This document shows, one piece after another, positions 60,352 to 64,000 of a stretch of DNA of 64,000 bases (the stretch's first letter is position 1; the number at the start of each line of letters is the position of its first letter). The position numbers and the translations under genes are program-made. The stretch covers positions 320,001 through 384,000 of the forward strand of contig CBDEFO010000006.1 of assembly GCA_965237525.1 (NCBI GenBank), read 5' to 3'. The notes under the pieces were generated by a model, which did not search any database, was not told where the DNA came from, and worked only from the letters and a program-made list of their open reading frames with translations. This DNA is from Candidatus Latescibacterota bacterium. GTDB lineage: Bacteria > Latescibacterota > CBDEFO01.

Positions 60352-61503
60352 TCAGCTTGCCCGTAAGGACGCCTCATATACCCCTAATGTCTCCTGGGCA
60401 GTCTTTTCCCAACTGAATAGCTTAGCCCTCTCTACAGCCCTCTTAGCGTACTCCTCTTTCAGATCATCACTATCCAAAAGATCTTCCACAGCCCCTGCTA
60501 TCTCCTCCACATTATACGGATCCACCAGGATAGCGGCGTCCCCAGTCACTTCAGGCATCGACGATACATTCGACGTAATCGTAGGCACTCCGCAGCTCAG
60601 GGCCTCCAGGACAGGTATCCCGAATCCCTCAAAAAGAGATGGATATACGAAAAGGGACGCCCCGTTGTATATATGAACCAGAGAGTCAGGGTCCACGTAG
60701 CCCAAGAGCTTAACGTACTTTTCTATCCCGAGCTCACAGACAGAGTTCTTCAGCTCACCTAAAGACTCCTTATCCCTCGGATTCCCCGCCAAAGCTACGT
60801 CAAAACTATCTTTCAATCTCAGTGGGAGCACAGAATATGCCTGCAAAAGGCGTTTCAGATTCTTCCTCGGCTGAAGGGAGCCTACATACAGAATATAATC
60901 CTTAAAGAGACCCACTTTGTGAAGCAGGGACCTATCCGGATCAAGGGGTCCGAAGTTCTTGTCTGCAGCCTCTAAAATTACACTGATCTTATCCTTAGAT
61001 ACCTTGAAATTATCTAAAATATCCTCCTTCGTGCTCAGGGAGACCGCTATGATAAGGCGGGAGCTCTGCAGGACACGCTGGATATTCTCCCTGAAAAATC
61101 TTATGGTTCCGTCGCCCGCCCACCTGTTTCCCTTTAGATATGCAAGATCGTGAATAGTCACAATCACATTTTCAAGAGGAATTCTCGGAAAATTGAGGGG
61201 ATTGGTACAGTGAAAGACCTCCACAGAGTCCGACTTTAAGGAAAAAGAGAGTATTCTATCGTTTAGGCCTTTGCAGAATCCCTTGAGCAGATCTCCAAAA
61301 GTAAGCAGATGGAGATACACGCCTTTGTACTTAAAATTGTCCCTCTGTATTGGTCTTGCCTGTCTATATTTCTTTCTAACTCGCGTGTAGAGATAGTAGG
61401 TATTATCTGAATCCAGGTGGGAGAGCCCCTGGACCAACTGGCTCGTATAGACCCCGTTGCCCCCGCTGCCTAACGCAGCTACAAAATCTATACCTATCCT
61501 CAT
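60352..61503 (-). CDS. GT4 glycosyltransferase
   Basis: VTIHDL, VGSLQPRKNL, PSLFEGFGIPVLEALSCGVP, FSWEK. Confidence 0.92.
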   Translation of the reverse strand: MRIGIDFVAALGSGGNGVYTSQLVQGLSHLDSDNTYYLYTRVRKKYRQARPIQRDNFKYKGVYLHLLTFGDLLKGFCKGLNDRILSFSLKSDSVEVFHCTNPLNFPRIPLENVIVTIHDLAYLKGNRWAGDGTIRFFRENIQRVLQSSRLIIAVSLSTKEDILDNFKVSKDKISVILEAADKNFGPLDPDRSLLHKVGLFKDYILYVGSLQPRKNLKRLLQAYSVLPLRLKDSFDVALAGNPRDKESLGELKNSVCELGIEKYVKLLGYVDPDSLVHIYNGASLFVYPSLFEGFGIPVLEALSCGVPTITSNVSSMPEVTGDAAILVDPYNVEEIAGAVEDLLDSDDLKEEYAKRAVERAKLFSWEKTAQETLGVYEASLRAS

Positions 61504-62537
61504 AAACCTTCAACCCGGCTGAACTTTGACACGACGCTTTCTATCTTCTCTAAAACCCTCTCCTTGGATATGTCCTCCATACAGAAGCGCCTTTCCATTC
61601 TGCATTTCTTCTCCCCGTGGAGACTGCACGGACTGCACGGAACGTCCAGACTTACGGTTATATCCTTCTCTCCTACCGGGGCAAATCCCAACCTGGGATG
61701 GGTCGGCCCAAAGATTGCCACGACGGGAACCCCTAATGCCGAAGCTATGTGCATAGGCCCGCTGTCGTTGGTCAACAAAACACTGCACCTTTCTATCAGG
61801 GCCGCCAAACCCCTCATATCTACTTTCCCCGCACACACTGCCGGTTTTCTATCCATCTTTGACAATATTTCATTCACAAAGTCCGTATCGTTTTGGTTCC
61901 CCAGCATCGCTACCTTTATCCTATCATGCTCAAGGAGCCGATCCGCCACATATGCAAACCCATCGGACGTCCACCTCTTCGTCTCCCATCTTGATCCCGG
62001 ACTTATCCCTACAACTGTGTCATCTGAATCTACGCCGTCATTGGATAGCAAGGAACTGACCAGTTCTTGGGATCCTTTATCCACGAACAACCGGGGAACC
62101 CATCCGTCCTTCTTTAACCCTAATTTGTTCAATGTCTCTAAGTACATCTCCAACGTAGATTTATGACTCACAGGAATCCACTTTGCGTAGACCGTAACCA
62201 TTCTTTGAAGCCGACGTTTTTTGTATCTCAACTTAATATCAGCCCTGGCTAGACGCCTTATTAGAAAGCTTCTCATATTCCCCTGCAGGTCCACTATCAC
62301 ATCTAAACTCATATCGTTCATTTCGGACACGAGAGTACATAATCCCCTGATACCGCTGGCAGGATCCGGAGTTATAATCCCTGATAACCTGGGATCCCCT
62401 TCAAATAACCCTTGGTACTCTTCTTTCAACAGCATAAACAGTTCAGAGAAAGGGTAGCTTTCCTTCAAAGCGTCTATCACCGCTGAAGCTAACACTACGT
62501 CCCCCAATGAACTTGTTCGGATGACCAATATTTTCAT
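61500..62537 (-). CDS. GT9 LPS heptosyltransferase (WaaF/RfaF-like)
   Basis: ILVIRTSSLGDVVL, DLQ, TKRW, TNDSGPMHIASALGVPVVAIFGPT, C-terminal CxPC...C...CM. Confidence 0.9.
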   Translation of the reverse strand: MKILVIRTSSLGDVVLASAVIDALKESYPFSELFMLLKEEYQGLFEGDPRLSGIITPDPASGIRGLCTLVSEMNDMSLDVIVDLQGNMRSFLIRRLARADIKLRYKKRRLQRMVTVYAKWIPVSHKSTLEMYLETLNKLGLKKDGWVPRLFVDKGSQELVSSLLSNDGVDSDDTVVGISPGSRWETKRWTSDGFAYVADRLLEHDRIKVAMLGNQNDTDFVNEILSKMDRKPAVCAGKVDMRGLAALIERCSVLLTNDSGPMHIASALGVPVVAIFGPTHPRLGFAPVGEKDITVSLDVPCSPCSLHGEKKCRMERRFCMEDISKERVLEKIESVVSKFSRVEGL

Positions 62538-62544
62538 ATCTTAG

Positions 62545-64000
62545 AAGCCTTGTGAAATAGTTATGTCCCAGGCAGCGTCTGAAGCGCCGATTATGGGTCA
62601 AAGAGTAGCATATCGTATCGTTTTGCTGTGGAATAAGCAAAATAGTCTTATCAGAGTTCTGGTCAGCAAGGAACAGGAGCTGTTTGAAGAACAGGATGCA
62701 CTGTCTTTGACAGACAGGGCACACATAGACGCTTTCCCCCTTCTTATGAAAGATACAAGCCTCTTGAGATTCTGTACTGTTGCAACAAGATTCAACTGTT
62801 CATTCAGTGAGGCTGGTCCTCTGTAACGGGCTCGTCCCATACCGTGTTGTTGCCTGGCTTCAGCAAAGATATGTTCACTGCGTTTACGGAGTCTCCGGGA
62901 GAGTTTGTAGTCAGCTGTTAATGAGATAGACCGTGCATGATTTCTGGCTTTCGCCTCTCGCACTTTTCTATCCCGTTCGGCCTGAATATGTGCTGGATTT
63001 GTCTTGTTTTTCCATGTAGGAATCGGTTCAATCTTCTCATCGGCTCGCAGAGGAATATGGGGTATGATTCCCCGGTCAAGTACATCAGCGATAAAATTAC
63101 CAGAACCGTAACCGGTATCGGCACTAAGTGTCTGAATGTCTTTGGGCATGGTGTATGTTTCAAGGTCATCTACCATCTTAAGGGCACTTTCGGGCTCTGC
63201 TGTCCCTGTCGCCTGCGTGCCCTGAGTCTCAAGGATTACTCTGCTTTTTGTGTCGATCAGATCATGGCCCATAAACGAGAGAAAAGCCCCTTTGCCCTTC
63301 GATTTGCTGTATAAGCGCGCGTCGGGGTCTGTAGTCGAACGGTGTGTTTGGTTCGTCCACTTTTCACCATGAAAGTCTTTATCCTGAGGATGCCCGGACC
63401 TACCCTTTGTCTTATCACCTTCAAAACCGATTCCCTTGAGATAATCATCAAGAGAAACAGGGGGTTCTATCGGCTCAATACTTTTCACTGAAGCATCAGC
63501 TTGTATCTGAGTGCCGTCGACACTAAGGTGTTTACCGCTCACAAGACCGACATCTATGCAACACTGGACTACCTGACGCATTATCCGTTCAAACAACCCA
63601 CTGGATGCCCACTTGTGATTGCGAAGCTTGTTGATCGTGCTCCTATCCGGAACCGCATCATCCAAATGTCTGATGACAAAACAACCGATATGCCGCATGC
63701 ATCCCCACTTCCTGACAGAGCCGATTCTCACTCAAATTATACAGATAGCCAATAAGGATCATTCGAACAACTAATTCAGGATCAATACCGGGTCTGCCAT
63801 TGTCAGGGCAATAACAATCTGATACAACGTCTCGTACAAATGAAAAATCAACTGCCTCATCAATCTGACGAAGGATATGATCCTCGGGAACTAAATCCTC
63901 CATCTGAAAATAGTGAAACATCGGATTTGTCTGTTCCTGCTTTTGTGGGGTCATTATTTCCTCCATGTATAATATTATCAATAACATAATATAATACATC
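62545..64000 (-). mobile_element. IS1182-family element, copy 4 (partial at the window edge; transposase frameshifted near 63661)
   Basis: IR at 62545 preceded by TTAG; an extra C (CATCATCCAAATG vs CATCATCAAATG) splits the ORF. Confidence 0.9.

Overview
Bacterial chromosomal window with clear signs of IS activity and gene decay. Left to right it holds: two tandem TPR-containing GT2 glycosyltransferases; a ~2-kb AT-rich glycosyltransferase/methyltransferase fragment; and a sigma54-type flagellar basal-body cluster (flgF-flgG-flgA-flgH-flgI-flgJ, divergent motA) in which flgA is interrupted and flgJ is truncated. Next come sugar-catabolism genes, housekeeping genes (M42 peptidase, acylphosphatase, apt, lysA, dapF, lipB) and a DNA-damage-type trio (SRAP, NrdJ C-terminal TSCPD protein, dinB). 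The right part carries an ECF sigma-ankyrin fusion, a YyaL-like protein and an LPS glycosyltransferase operon. Two IS types are present. One is a 1519-bp IS1182-family element (4 copies, 4-bp TTAR duplications, including a tandem pair nested in the other IS). The other is a 1304-bp rve-type DDE element (3 copies) that always sits next to YTAC inside CTACNNN heptamer runs. The most unusual patterns are: (i) a 21-bp palindrome CCCCGATAGATTCAATCGGGG found about 11 times, often in the centre of other hairpin repeats or of apparent older copies of itself; (ii) the heptamer-associated IS; (iii) four cases of a diverged orphan gene end bracketing 1-3 cargo genes. I saw no tRNA, rRNA or CRISPR array. 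All product calls come from motif recognition by eye, not from database searches.
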